Shown piece by piece: positions 1 through 17,491 of a DNA stretch of 64,000 bases. Numbering within the stretch: the first letter of the stretch is position 1; each line of letters starts with the position of its first letter. Position numbers and translations under genes: made by a program. The DNA is from the human T2T-CHM13v2.0 reference genome, Homo sapiens: the NCBI RefSeq assembly GCF_009914755.1, contig NC_060940.1; one strand, given 5' to 3'. Below the pieces are notes generated by a model that made no database searches, was not told the DNA's origin, and saw only the letters and a list, made by a program, of their open reading frames with translations.

Positions 1-112
1 CAAAGATTATGACAGTGAGAGAATCTGGTGTTGCTGACTCCATCTTGTTTCTAGCCTCACAGGCTAACTGTCCTCACTCATTCCTGGGCATAGGCCAAGT
101 TAATCATGAGAT

Positions 113-416
113 GAATTTTTTTATTTTATTTATTTGCTTTTTGAGACAAGGCCTCACTCTGTCGCCCAGGATGGAGTGCAGTGGCATGATCACGGCTCAC
201 CACAGCCTCGAACTCCCTGGTCTCAGGGTGGTCCTCCCACCTCAGCCTCCAGAGTAGCTAGGACTGCAGGCGCATGTTAATTTTTTTGTATTTTTTGTGG
301 AGATGGGGCTTCGCCATGTTGCCCAGTCTGGTCTTGAACTCCTGGGCTCAAGCGATCTGCCTGCCTTGGCATCCCAAAGTGCTGAGATTGCAGGTGTGAG
401 CTACTGCACCTGGATA
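113..416 (-). mobile_element. Alu (old, J-like)
   Basis: Antisense Alu with T-rich tail. Confidence 0.85.
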
Positions 417-890
417 GGTATTTAGTTTATAGTTTAATTTGAAAGCAAGGATGATAATAGTGTTCCACTAAAACTGATTCCCTCATTGTTTCAGGGCTGA
501 AACCACCTTTGTAAAACTAAGGAAAGGCCACAAGATTAGGGAGGGGCCTGAATTCTGCTAAAATGGAGGCATAGTCTTAGGCATAGTTTTAGAACCAGCC
601 ATTGTTCTATAAGTCACAAGATTTGTGACTTCCCCAATTGCTCCTATAGATAACATCACTATTATAGAACCTAGGATTGGTCTTTTGAGATGTTTTTCAG
701 ACTTTGCATTCTGGCAAATAACTGACCCCACCTGGACTTGTAACTCATGACTCAACTGGTCCTGTGGCCCCTACCCAGAGGTGGACTCAGAGCACCAGGA
801 CCATTTCCCACACCTCTATTGCATCCCCAACTAATCAGCAGCATCCATTGCCTAGTCCTCTGCCCACCAAACTATTTTTGAAAAACCACA

Positions 891-1187
<297 letters not shown>

Positions 1188-2692
1188 GAAAAACCACAAC
1201 CTCCAAGTTTTTGGGGAGACTGATTTGAGTGATAACTCCAGTTCTTCCACATGGCCAGCCTCAAGTTAATTAAACTCTTTCTTCACTGCAATACCACAGT
1301 CTCAGCAAACTGGTTTTGTCTATGCAGTGGGTAGGAAGGTTGAGTAATCACACTACAGTTCTTTCTGGATTCCAGGAGTCTCTCTCCCCTTCCCTTTTAG
1401 ACCTGGTTGGTAAGGGCTCTGTGCTGTTGACAGTTCCAGAGTACCTCACATCCTTTGTTTCATTTAACCCAGTCCATGCTTCTGTAAATACTCTCTTTGC
1501 TAAACTCTCCTCAAGTAATTGATTTTAATGTGCATCCATTGCCTGCCAGGACCTGATTAGTCCATTTCAAGCATCCAATATCAAAGAATGCACCCAAAAC
1601 AAAGACGCTGTTAGGAAACACAGAACTGGGCACTGCAAAGGTCTTTGAGCATGACACAAGGATGTTGCAAGAGCGGCAGGCCCAGAAGGCAAGTGGGGAT
1701 TGAAGAACCTTAACAGCATATTCACGGGGCTCAGTCCTAGGATTCAGCATCATGACATATCACCTCCAAGCTTCCATGCTTTCATTTGTATAGCTAAGAC
1801 TTGACAAGACTAGTGAGGGTGTCCGATGATGAGGACAGTCAAGGATGTTAAATTCCTGACTATACATTAACAAGGAGGAAAAAAACTAACAAACCTGCAT
1901 CAGTGTGAAGACCAGAAAGGCCTGTCCACAGAGCCAGATGACAAGGTACAACAGGATGCTGTTGAAAAAAATCAGACTAGATAAGAGCAGGTTGCTGTGT
2001 GAGCAAACTCAGACCATACAAGAGAACTATAGGCCCCTCTCCTCCAGCCCAGAATTCCTGCCCTGAGTGATGCTAAATCAGAAGGAAGAAAAGCAGGAGA
2101 TGATATTGGCTACCCTCCGGGGACAGGAAGCATCACCTGGTTGGACTACCAGACTGCCATTCACACTTATATACATGGAGTCAGTCGGGTATGACTCAGT
2201 CCCCTGAGGCCAAATGTCAGCGAGGAGAGTGGGAGGAGCAAATCTCTCTCCTCCATTAGAGTTGTCTCCGGAACAAACCCAGGTCTCAAGGCAAAGGCCT
2301 CACACACTATTTTGCTATTTTGTCACCCACGTAAAGTTTTCAGAAACAGGATCCCTGTAGCTCATCAGGCACTCAGGTGCATCAAAGCTGAATTCAGGGT
2401 AAAGATTGATGCTGTGGCCCAGTGAAGCTGAGATGCCCATACTCTCTCTGTTCAGGTTATAGAGAAAATGGGCACTTTGTGATCACTTATACCCATAATA
2501 AAAAACAATTTGTGTGCATCTCATGAGCAAGAAAAATAAACAGGAAAAAAGAAAGCAACCCAACTACTTGTAAGTATAAGGAAATCCAACCCATATTTGT
2601 TCATATAACTGAAAGGTCCAGGGGCAAACCTGCAGGTATGGTTTGATGCAGGTGCCAACATCTTTTGCCAGGACCCAGTGTTTCTCACACCC

Positions 2693-3055
2693 TTTCTTTT
2701 TTCTTTTTTTCTTTCCTTCTTTCTTTCTTTTTCTTTTTGTCTTTCCTTCTTTCTCTTTTTTTTTTTTAACAGGATCTCACTCTGTCACCCAAGCTGGAGT
2801 GCAATGGTGCAATCTCAGCTCACTATAGCCTCAACCTCCCAGGCTCAAGCAATCCTCCCACCTCAGCCTCCTGAGTGGCTAGGACCACAGGCATGCACCA
2901 CAATGCCCAGCTAATTCTTTTCATTATTTATAGAAACAGGGAGTCTCACTATGTTGCCAGGGCTGGTCTCGAACTCCTGGGCTCATGTAATCCTCCCACC
3001 CACCTAAGCCTCCCAAAGTTCTGGGATTACAGGTGTCAGCCACCATGCCTGACCT
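2693..3055 (-). mobile_element. Alu (J-like) with expanded CT-rich tail
   Basis: Antisense Alu body plus (CTTT)-like tail. Confidence 0.85.
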
Positions 3056-3649
3056 CACACCATTTCTTAACTCCATTCTTCTCACTCCATTTCTTAATTT
3101 CATTCCTTTATAAAGCTTCTCTTCTTACTATTTCAAGATGGCTGCCCAATTCATGTGCAGAGGAAAGAGAAGTTCTTTCTCTTTACTCTGACAGTTGAAT
3201 AAAAAATCCAAAGCCTGGCTCTCTTTGGTCCATCCCTGAATCAGTCATTATGGCCTGGGGAATGGAGTATGCTAATTGACTTAAGGGAATCAGGGCCCAG
3301 CACTGGAGTGAAGGTGGGGCTAATGCCACCTAATCCACTGGAGAGTACCAAAAGTGTGCTTCCCCAAAGGAAATTCACAATACTGTGGGAAAGGATGAAT
3401 TGATGCTGAGTCACTATGAATGACAAATGCAAAAGATAAACATACCAGGCCCCACTCCTTGCAGGAAGCAAAAGATCCTAGAGGGAGAGGCTGACATGGA
3501 ACAGGATGTCTGACCAATAAAACTTCTTCCAATGAGGATTCACAGACATAGTCATACCTTCCAGGTTAAGTAAGGCTCAATTCCAGGCAGCTGTCTGTCT
3601 CAGCTCCTCATGCACATCCGTCGCTTCTGTCTACCCAGCATTTGTTTCT

Positions 3650-4730
3650 CCCTTATTCAGTTCTCATTGCTGTGTAACAAATTGACAGAAGTGCATCAAC
3701 TAAAGCAACACAAATGTATTATCTCACAGCTCTATAGGTCAAAATCCAAGCACGGCTCAACCGGATTCTCTGCTCAGGGTCTCATGGGGCTGAAATCAAG
3801 GTGTCAGCTGGAGCTGTAGTCTTATCTAAAGCTCAGGGTCTTCTTCCAGGATGATTGGTTGTTTTCAGACTTCCGCTCCTTCTGATTATCTTGAGATAGG
3901 AGGCAGGACTTGACTCTGGAGGTGGGGCTTGGACACCGGACCAAGTTCAGGACTAACTAAAACAGAGCTGGGAGGGAAGCAGCTTTCCCTAAGACACACC
4001 CACCAGTGTGCCAGGTCAGTTTACCATTGACACGGCAATACCTGGGAGTTACCACCCCTTTCCATGGCAATGACCTGATGACCTAAAGTTACTACCCCTT
4101 CTCTAGAAAGTTCTGCAGAAACCACCCTTGAATCTGCATATAATTAAAAGCAGGTATAAATATGACTGCAAAACTGCCCAGAGATGCCACTCTCTGGTTA
4201 CAGGGTAGCCCTGCTCTGCAGGAGCCGTCATGGAGCTGTAACACTGCAGGAGCTGTAACACCACCGCTTCAGTAAAGCTGTTTTCTTCTACCTCCAGCTT
4301 GCCCTTGAATTCTTTCCTGGGCAAGGCCAAGAACCCTCACAGGCTAAGCCCCAGTTTGGAGTTCATCTACCCTGCATCAATATGACTGAGGTCTTTTTTC
4401 TTGCTGGCTATCGACCAGAGACCTCTCTCACCTCCTAAAGACAAACCTAGGTCCTTGCCCTGTGGCCTCTCCATAGGCTTTCTCACACTTTGAGCATCTC
4501 TGACTTCAGGAAGGGCCTAGTCCCTTTTAAAGGTGCACCTGATTAGGTCAGGCCCACCCAGATGCTCTCCCTTTTGATTAACTCAAAATCAACTAACTAG
4601 TAGCCCAGTCAGGGCAGGGCTATTCCATCACATCCTCTAATTGTGCAGCACTGGAGAGGAGGAGATTGCACAGATTGTGCACACCAGGGAGCAGGGATCT
4701 TGGGGGCCATCTCAGAATTCTGCCTACCAC
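3650..4730 (-). mobile_element. MLT1-type MaLR LTR split by a MER41 insertion
   Basis: ttgctgtgtaacaaa...tattatctcacag and the terminal tctgcctaccaca are typical of MLT1. Confidence 0.55.
3892..4379 (+). mobile_element. MER41-family solo LTR
   Basis: TG...CA ends (tgagataggagg...ctgcatca), TATA-like tataaat, agtaaa polyA-like signal, imperfect 4-bp TSD atct/atat. Confidence 0.7.
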
Positions 4731-4934
4731 ATGTTAGTAATTGATCTCTTCTGGAATCAGTCCTTTCCTGCTCAGTCAATGTTATTTGTGGTAGGATTTA
4801 GGGTAATCAGACCTAGCCTTGGCCAATTGGTGTAACCATTGTCTGGGCCACAGTGGTCAGATCAGAAATGGGCACCTGCCTCAAGCAAGCCCAATCAGAC
4901 CTAACCTGGGGACTTTTGCTGAAGTAACTAGGAA

Positions 4935-4937
<3 letters not shown>

Positions 4938-4980
<43 letters not shown>
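4938..4980. repeat. (CT)n microsatellite
   Basis: Seen directly. Confidence 0.95.
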
Positions 4981-4981
<1 letters not shown>

Positions 4982-6560
4982 GTTATTGCGGAAGTGTTAG
5001 GCTGTAAACTTAGAGCTGATGGTGGACACCATGTGCTTTGATTCAAATGACCCCCCAAAACTCATGTTGAAACTGAATCCCAAAAGTGGGAGCATTGAGA
5101 GGTGGGACCTTTAAGAAGCGATTGTATCCCTCTTGAGGGCAGAGCCTTTACTGACCACCTAATGTTTTATTAAAGCTTGTTCTGCACCACCCCTATCCCT
5201 ACCATCACCATCTGGAGCTCTCGATCCTTTCCTCCAGATTTCTTTGCTCCATAATATTTATCACTATCTGATACAGGGGTGTGTGGATGTGAACATGTAT
5301 ATGTGTGCATGTGTGTGTTTATGGTCCGCCTCTCCCAGTCCCCGGTAGACTGTAAGCTTCATGAAAGCAGGGCTTTGTGTACTGTTGTTTCTGTAGCATG
5401 AGGTCTGCCAAAAAAGTAGGTTCCCCATAAATGTTTGTTAAATGAATATATTCTGATTCTATCTCCCCCTCCTCCAGAATGGATCTAAAGCTTCCCAATC
5501 TTTGCCTGAGTGAGTGTCCTACTGAGTTCAATTTTGTTTCAGAAAGGACGTGTGTATGTTCACCCATATGCTGCACAAATATGTAATGGACACCAGCCAT
5601 GACCAGCCTACTGGGGACTGCTTGGCAGTAGCAACATGGCAGCGAACAAGACAGATGAGCCTCCTGCCCACAGAAGCTTACATTCGGGTGGAATACAGGC
5701 TGGTGAGTTGTCATGCCGATTCCTCCAACCCAAAACCCTTGCCAGTATGGCAGGTCCTGGAGCTGGACTGGCCACCATTGAGAATCCACCCAACTGCCCA
5801 TCAGCATCTCAAGTTCCCTGTTGCAAGATGCCAGGGAGCATGAGAGAGGACCGTGGGGGAGAGTGAGCTCTCAATGAACCTGGTGTGGCAGGGAGAAGAC
5901 GAAGATGGGGCAGATCCCCAGGGGGAAGACAACTTAAGGGCAGATTTGTTGAACTAAGTTACTTCAAAGGGTCTTCCATCTTCCAGCATGAGCAGAGAAG
6001 ATGACCACACACCTGGGGGAGAGTCAGATGGCTTCTTCAATTGGAACGTTCTTCCCTAAGGATGAGCTAATATAGCACATGACCTGAAAATCCTTCTGGG
6101 AGACTCCAGGTAAAAGGGCCTTGACTGCACCAGGGAGAGAAGCTAAGTTGTAGATTTGGGGGAAATGAGTGTTAGAACAGTGAGTGCTCAAGGGAAGTAG
6201 TTAAGTGAGCCATGAGATACAAAGTCTGCCATGGCAAAGTAGGTGGAACAACCATGTTATGAGTATAAGTTCTGACCCCAGCTTTCCTGTGATTTCTACG
6301 ACCCTTGGTCTTGAAGATGGGAAATAAATGGGTGCATGACAGAAGTTAAAGACTATTATCGGGTATCAAGTACCATAGCACTTTTTGGAGGCAGAAGAGC
6401 TTGACAAATGGGCATAGTGTACATAGTAAATGATGGTAAGGGTAAAGGATAAAATGTATCATCTTCCTGTCATCAGAATGGGACCAGCACTGTGTAAGGT
6501 GGGCATGTTAATGACATGATATATAAGACAGCTTTTGCTACAATAACAAGGAACTCCCTA

Positions 6561-6931
<371 letters not shown>

Positions 6932-7523
6932 TCAGATTGGCTGTGATTACACTGGGTTTGGCTTGGCTGAGCTCAGCTAGGTTCTGCTGAGCTCAGCTTG
7001 GCTCCAAGGTTTGGGTTGAGTTCAGGTCTGCTCCACATGTCCCTTCACATGAGAAGCAATTGCCAAGAGGTCAAGTCAAATCATGCAGCACATTTAAAAC
7101 TTCTGCTGGGGGAAAATGTGTCTGCTCACATTCCAATGACCAAAGCCCAAAGTTAGAAGGGCAAGGAATTAGACTCTACCTATTGAGATGTACTACAAAG
7201 TCACATGGCAAAAAGCTTATAATTCTAATAAAGGAACTAAGCAGAATCACTAGGAGCAATCACCTAGTCCGCCACACATGGAGATGTGCCACAGGGACTC
7301 AGAGACTGGAAGGAATTCCCCAGGGCCAGAGTTCTCCTGGGAAACTACAGCCTCCACCATTGCCTCCCAGATTTCATCAGCATCTCTGTAGTCTGGCTCA
7401 TCAGAGGCCACAACGGAGATAAAGGCAAATAAAGACTTCAGCTGCTGGCAAGCTGCAGATATCTCCATGGATCAGCCAAGCCCATGTCTCTTTCTGAAAC
7501 AATCAGTAATCGGGGAAGCGACC

Positions 7524-8764
<1,241 letters not shown>

Positions 8765-10055
8765 AATATTTCTAAAGGCCCCTCAAGAGGCAAAAGTGGG
8801 CAAAGGACTTTTAAGGACAAAAAATGCCTAGTATTGAATATTAAGTTGTTTACTGTGTTGTAACTCTCTTCCATGACTTCAGTAAAGCAGAGTAAGCACA
8901 CACATGCCCCAAGACACAGTAACCTCTGTTTGGTAGTACAGCCCATCACAAGCAGCTGTGGCTGAACCCCTGGGTACCAGGACTAGAGAGGATAACTTCA
9001 TTGTAAGTTCCACTGGATGTTAGGCTGAAGTTGCAGCCCCCATCAAGCCAGGCTTGGTGTCTGGAGCGGGCCTGAAGGTAGAGATTCTGCAAAAGGATCT
9101 AACTGGGGTGATATTCAAAAAATTTAGAAGCCAGAATGGCACAGGTCCTGACTGATAAGAACCAGAGCCAACATGCTGTGATCTGCATACAAGTGCCAGT
9201 GATCCCTGCCTCCAGCTGAGGAGGGCTGTGAAGGATGGAGGCTAGAAATCCATCAGGAGAGCTGACATTGAAAGGTGAATGGGAGCAGCACCTGCCAGCG
9301 TGACCTGCTGCTTTCCTGCATGCAAAGGACTGTGCATTTCAACCTGAGACCCTGGGGTTCCTGCAGGGCATCAGCTAGATTTGTCTTCCTGCCTGGGGCG
9401 ATCACCAATTATATGTGCTGTGAGGCAAACTGTCCTCCCACCAGAGGAGGAGGTGAAGGGATTTACAGAATCTCTCTCTGATCTGACTTATTAGAGAAGT
9501 TAAAGGACACCTGTCCAGGAGGCAGCACAGTGCAGAGATAAAGAAGTCAGGATTCAAATTTGTCCTATCTGGGAAGCTTAGACAAGAGCTCCTTAACCTC
9601 TCTCACACTCAGTCCCCTCATCTGGAAAATGGGAATCCTAACAGTGCCTACCTGGCAGGAGCATGGCCACAATGAAATGAGCTAATGACACAGTGAAAGC
9701 CCTTAGACAGCCTGACCCAGAGTCAGCCCTCTGTAATGGGAGTCATTATTCAAGATGGGAGGAAAGAAACAGGAATTAGATCAGAAACAAATGACCAGAA
9801 AGAGAGATGAAATACAAAAGCTACATGAAGTCGGCAGTGTGAAGCCTGACTCGCAGGAGAGTGGATTTTGTTACTGTTTGCTTTTTCTTGTCCAGGATAA
9901 TCCAAGACTGGCAGAAAGTGAGAATACCGATTGAGATCCAAGGACATCCTCATGGGAGTCTGTGCAGACACGTTTTCATCAAGAACCCCTCTCCAAGCAG
10001 CTGGTCCAGCCCAGCTAAACTGGGGGCTGCTGTTTGTAAGAAAATTAATGCTCTG

Positions 10056-10357
<302 letters not shown>

Positions 10358-11523
10358 TTAATGTTCTGTACCTGAGGAGCACCCATTTGCTGCTACTTCC
10401 CTGCCAGGATGAAGGAAAACCAAGTCAGACATTAAATAACACGTGCAGGATCACAGGATCACACCTTTCACACTGCAGTCTTAGTTTTCTATAAAACCAC
10501 GTGACCTCTGAAAATACACTCCAGCCTCTGCAACACCTACTCATGACGCTTTGTAAAATCCACCGCCTTTTAGGGACACCAAGATTTTCGGAAACATGCA
10601 GTTTTCTTACCTCCAGATGAGATGTCTACTGTGGATAGGTGACTAGGAGGAGAACCCAAGGTGTGCTGATGGCAGAACAGAAGCACCTAGGATGCCACCA
10701 GGGAAACGCCCTGACAAGCAGCTGTGATGCTGTCTTCGAGAAGGTGTTTGCAAACACCACTGCTGCCCCCCTTCCCTGAGCCCTGACTTCCTAAACCTAA
10801 GGCTAAAAGCATCCTGGCAATTCCCGGAAGTAACTTCATTCTAGCAGGATCGAGCCAGTGGGTGGAGTTTTCTCAGCCCGCCAGGATCACATCAGTGACT
10901 GACTTACCCAATGTACTTTTATTTTTTATTTCAACCAATTCCCCAAAGCCCAGAGCAACTTAAAACCAGAAGAGCCACCACCATCTCCACCAAAAACAGG
11001 GAATATTTTGAGAGTTTAATGATAACTTCACAGCCATCCATTCAGCTGAGTCCCAAGGAAATGGAAGACACCTGAAAAATGTATTTTTAAATTGATTTAA
11101 CGTTGAGCCATGTTAAATGTTTTAACTTCCAACCAATGCAATGCCCACCAAAACATCAATTAGTCCCAGCAATCAGGCAAGAATATTGGCTTCTGCTCAG
11201 GGATTCATTTATTTCAGCTCTGCTAAATATCGTAGAGGAGAAATCCAATGTAGCCTGTAGCTTCAAGAAAGTGAAATTAAGCCCAAGTAGAAACTAGATG
11301 AGGCCCTGGCTAAAATGGTGCCTTTTCTTGCACTGCCTCTCTCTGGTATCTCTCTAAAGTGAGGGCAGCAACTTGATTGTAAGGGTCTCGTGCTGTTAAC
11401 AGAAAACACCCTTCCTTCCCCACAGGTTCTCTGTCTCCAAGCTGGAAAACAAAAGAGGCTGCAATGGGACAGAGAAGGGCTTCCTGCTGAGGAGATGAGT
11501 GGGCTTAAGAATTTGCAAGATCA

Positions 11524-12214
<691 letters not shown>

Positions 12215-12230
12215 AATTTGCAAGATCATT

Positions 12231-12236
12231 TTTAAT
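12231..12236 (-). terminator. Probable OTOA polyadenylation signal ATTAAA
   Basis: Plus-strand tttaat, ~167 nt past the stop codon, followed by a T-rich stretch on the minus strand. Confidence 0.65.
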
Positions 12237-12402
12237 AATTATTTTTCATTTGGGGTGCATTTTCACCATCAAGGCCCCAGGGTTTCCCTGCCCTAGATGA
12301 GGGTCTGGATCCAGGGAAGGGTGTCCCACCATCTGGAGCATCCTGTCTCTACACATGTTGGCCAGCTGCTTGGGGCAACACAGGACGATGCGCTCAGGCC
12401 AC

Positions 12403-12812
<410 letters not shown>

Positions 12813-12891
12813 GAAAGAAAAGATTAGGGCTCTGGTCCATAGGAAGGGTTCATCCAATGGCAGCCCTCACTTAGGCCCTTGGGGTGAATGA

Positions 12892-13324
<433 letters not shown>

Positions 13325-13866
13325 AACATCCATCAAAATTATAAATGCAGACCCTGTGATCTAGCAATCTCACTTTGAAGAGTTTATCCTACAGACATAC
13401 TTGCACAGATGCAAATTATATCAGGTCAGGAGCTGCAGCATTGTTCATAACAGCAAAAAAAAAAAAAAAATAGAAACAACTGCAAGGTCCATCTACAGAC
13501 CTCTGGTTGAATACAGTTACGGCATAGCCATAAAACCAACAATGGCACAGCTCCTGTGCACAGATACAGAACTCCCTCCAAAGTATATTGTTAGGTGAAA
13601 AATACAAGGTGCAGAATAAGGTGTATAATAAGCTTTTGTGAAAAGTGCAGAGATCATCTATATTTGATTTGCTGTGTATGCATAGAATATCTCTGGACAA
13701 ATACACAAGAAGCTGCTAACATTGGTTGCCTCTGGGGAGGGAACAGGGTGGCTGGGGGACAGGGGCTGGAGGAAAAGATTTCACCACATGCCTTGCAGAC
13801 TTTATATATTCGGAACCCTGTGCATTATCTATTGCACATATTATCTATTCATGCAAAACGCTATAA

Positions 13867-14224
<358 letters not shown>

Positions 14225-15023
14225 TCAATGAAAAGTGTTTTAAAGTAATAATATAATACATCAAAAGGCATGATTTATGTTTTCAAGTGCCACCTCTGGC
14301 CACTTGTGGCTGTAGAAATGGGGAATACTCCAATTCACCATCCCTATGTGAAGGCAGGACAGGGAGACATTCAAGTCAGGAAAAGGTGGAGTGGAGGTTT
14401 TAGTCAAGCACCAAGTCCTCTGACTTCTCTGGGCACTTGCCCATGCCGGTACCTACTCCTGAGACACTGTCTACCTCGCTAAGCCCATCTTCTTCTCACC
14501 TTGTGTCTCACCTGAGACATCACTGACTTTAGGAGGTTTCCTGACCCATGTGTGTTCCCCATCTCAGCACCCAGCACCTGCCTCGTTCACCAGGGTACAT
14601 GTCTTCCCTCCCCGCCAGGCTGCACTGAGAGCTCAATGAGGGCAGGGAACATCTCTGTTCCCCATCTTGTTAGAAGCTATCTCCCCAGAGCATGGTCCAA
14701 ATGTGGTGTTAAGAACAGAAGTTATCACAAAGAAGTGAGAAAGTGAAGGGGAAATGGGGAGAGCTGTAAGAAAGGCATGGGGGAGAAAAAGGAAAGAAGG
14801 CCATGTTCCCAGGATCCAATGCCACTCCCTGGGGAGGCTTCTCTATCTTAGCTCAGCCCTCAGTCACTATCACCCTCCCTGGTCTTGTCAGATTTGAAAT
14901 ATCTTCTTCATTTACAAGAGGGCCTTATCTATCTTGGTCACCTCTGTATTCCCAGCCCCTACTGCGGACTTGGAACATAGTAGGTGCCCAGTAAACATGG
15001 GTTGAATTAATTAATATTGGACA

Positions 15024-15327
<304 letters not shown>

Positions 15328-15629
15328 TCATTATTATTGGATAGTGAGGAGGGAGTTTGCAAAGGAGCGGCTAAAATGAAATTAGTCCTGAGTTTCTGAT
15401 GTTATGCGTTCTGGGTAGGGGCGGGAGAACTGGAAGATGTTTAATGCCCCCCACCCAAGGGCAGCCATAGTTGAGAATCACTAATTCTGAAGCTTGGTAG
15501 GGAAGCTTGATAGGGACTTTGGGTTTTTCACTGAGGGCAGAATCCCCAGTGACTGTCAGAGACCTCGCTCTGAATCTTAAGAACCTCCCCACCCCAGGCC
15601 TGACAGGGAGGACAAGGAAGGAGAGTGGG

Positions 15630-15935
15630 GCTGGGACGCGGGGCAGAGGGCGGCTCTGCTCACCTGCGGGAGAACGCGAGGATGAGGTTCTAGTGGGACC
15701 GGCGCTAGCGGGCGCGTCCTGCCAGGAGTGAGTCTTGGCGCCATCTAGCGCCTGCTGGAGGCTCTGCAGCTGCAGTGGACTGAGCCGCCGGCGCTGGGCG
15801 TGGGTCACCGCCGCGGCGTTCTCCGGACCCAGGGAGGCGATCTGCTCCGCGGACAGCTCCTGCAGGAGGCAAAGGGGCAGCACCCTCACACGGGGCCCCT
15901 CCCCGGATTTCCCACATCTCGGGCGTCCGCGCAGG
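15630..15935. promoter_or_regulatory. Intragenic CpG-rich island over exon 27
   Basis: Visibly GC- and CpG-dense (ccggcgctagcgggcgcg, gccgccggcg, ccgcggcg) against a CpG-depleted background. Confidence 0.65.
15664..15859 (-). CDS. OTOA: Otoancorin exon 27 (196 nt; ELSAEQIA...SSRSPA)
   Basis: Acceptor ctgcag|GAG, donor G|gtgagc; inside ORF 15371..15943. Confidence 0.96.
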
Positions 15936-17140
15936 ATGCACACAACTTTGCCATCCCCTTGTGTGTATCATGTGTGGTCCTCTTTAAGATATTTCCTTAA
16001 AATTAGATCACTCTTGCACTACCAAAGTAAATGCATTTAAAAATAGAAAATTTAAAATGGAAGTTTCCAAAAATGGAAAGCCGGCAGACTTGCCATAAGC
16101 AAGCATTAAATAGGAGCCGCAAAATAAAAATAAAACAATATTGTTGAATCCTAGCTAGATTTGTCCGCCAACAATATCTGAACCCCTGGCCTCTTGGAAA
16201 AAAAAGAGAGAGAGAGAGAATATAAAATGTACTATACAGGGTTAAATTGACACTTCCTTCTTGAGGTATTTAGAAGTACTAATGGAGAGTTGAAAAGGGA
16301 AGCATGATTTCCTCCCTATGTGGCAATGTTGTTTAATGCAATGCAGGACAGCTTCCCAGTGCTTCAAGTCTTCCACCTCCTGAAACACTGATGTGGAGGG
16401 GGAAACACAGGCCTTAAAGATCAGAGGCCTGAATTCGAGCCCCTGCTCTGCCACATACTTGCTGTGTCACCTTGAACAAATTACACAGCCTCCGTGGGCT
16501 TTGGGGATAAATGTGAGACGGCATAGAGAACTCATCTCCTCTGCTGACTGATTCTGATCCTTTGGTTTGACTGCCTGAGCACCATGTGATGAGCTCTGTG
16601 AGGGCTCCATGGAGGGAAAATGCAGTCATCTATTGGTGATATCTGCTATGGACAACATGAGTTGGAAATTCTGCCAGCCAGACTATGTCTTCAAGGACTG
16701 TGAACAAGGTGTCTTCTGAAGTCACTTCCAGATCAAAGGACTTGGTGACTCGTTCCAATGGGACTGGAATACGAAGGGGACTCTATATCATCATGTTTAT
16801 TTTCTAAAGGCCCTGAAGAATCTGGGAAAGATGCTTATGCTCCCTCATCCCTTCCTCTCCTGTCAGTCACCCTCTCCTCCTCTTTTGTCCAGGTAGATAC
16901 TTCCCTGGAATCATATCCCTCTGTGTAAAGCCCTTCCAGGAACCCCACTCCAGAACACAGTTCAGGCTCCTGGAAAAAACTCTGCCCACCTCTCCAGCCT
17001 CACACATGGCATTCTTCACTCCAGGAGAGTGGGTGCCAATATTTACAGTTCCCTAGAGGCAGCATCTTCCTGTGCACCTCTTTCTGCCTGGAACACTGTT
17101 TCTTCTTCATCGCCAGCTGTTCTCCAAGATTCAGCATCTG

Positions 17141-17420
17141 GTCGGTCAAGCGCCATGGCTCATGCCTACAATCCCAGCACTTTAGGAGGCTGAGGCAGAA
17201 TGATTAACGGAGCTCAGGAGTTCGAGACCAGCCTGGGCAACACAGTGAGACCCCCCTTCTCTACAAAAAGTTTTTTTAATTAGCCAAGTGTGTAGTCCTA
17301 GTTACTTAGGCTGACGTGAGAGGATTGCTTGAGCCCAGGGGATCAAGGGTGCAGTGAGCCATCATTGTGCCACTGCACTCCCTTGGGCAACAGAGTGAGA
17401 CTTTGTCTCAAAAAAATTAA
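17141..17420 (+). mobile_element. Alu (J-like)
   Basis: TSD aa(g/a)attcagcatc. Confidence 0.85.
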
Positions 17421-17447
17421 AATTCAGCATCACCTCCTCTCCTCTCA

Positions 17448-17448
<1 letters not shown>

Positions 17449-17489
<41 letters not shown>
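17449..17489. repeat. (CA)n microsatellite
   Basis: Seen directly. Confidence 0.95.

Positions 17490-17491
<2 letters not shown>

Noticed and set aside
5319-5866. 162-aa and overlapping ORFs
   Set aside because: No recognisable protein similarity; they overlap degenerate L2-like sequence and have no supporting exon structure.
6960-7005. Repeated palindrome gctgagctcagc
   Set aside because: Short and embedded in what looks like an old MLT1-type LTR; no independent significance.
15371-16040. 190-aa minus ORF and overlapping plus-strand ORFs as separate genes
   Set aside because: The core is OTOA exon 27; the extensions are intron read-through, and the antisense frames are open because of high GC.
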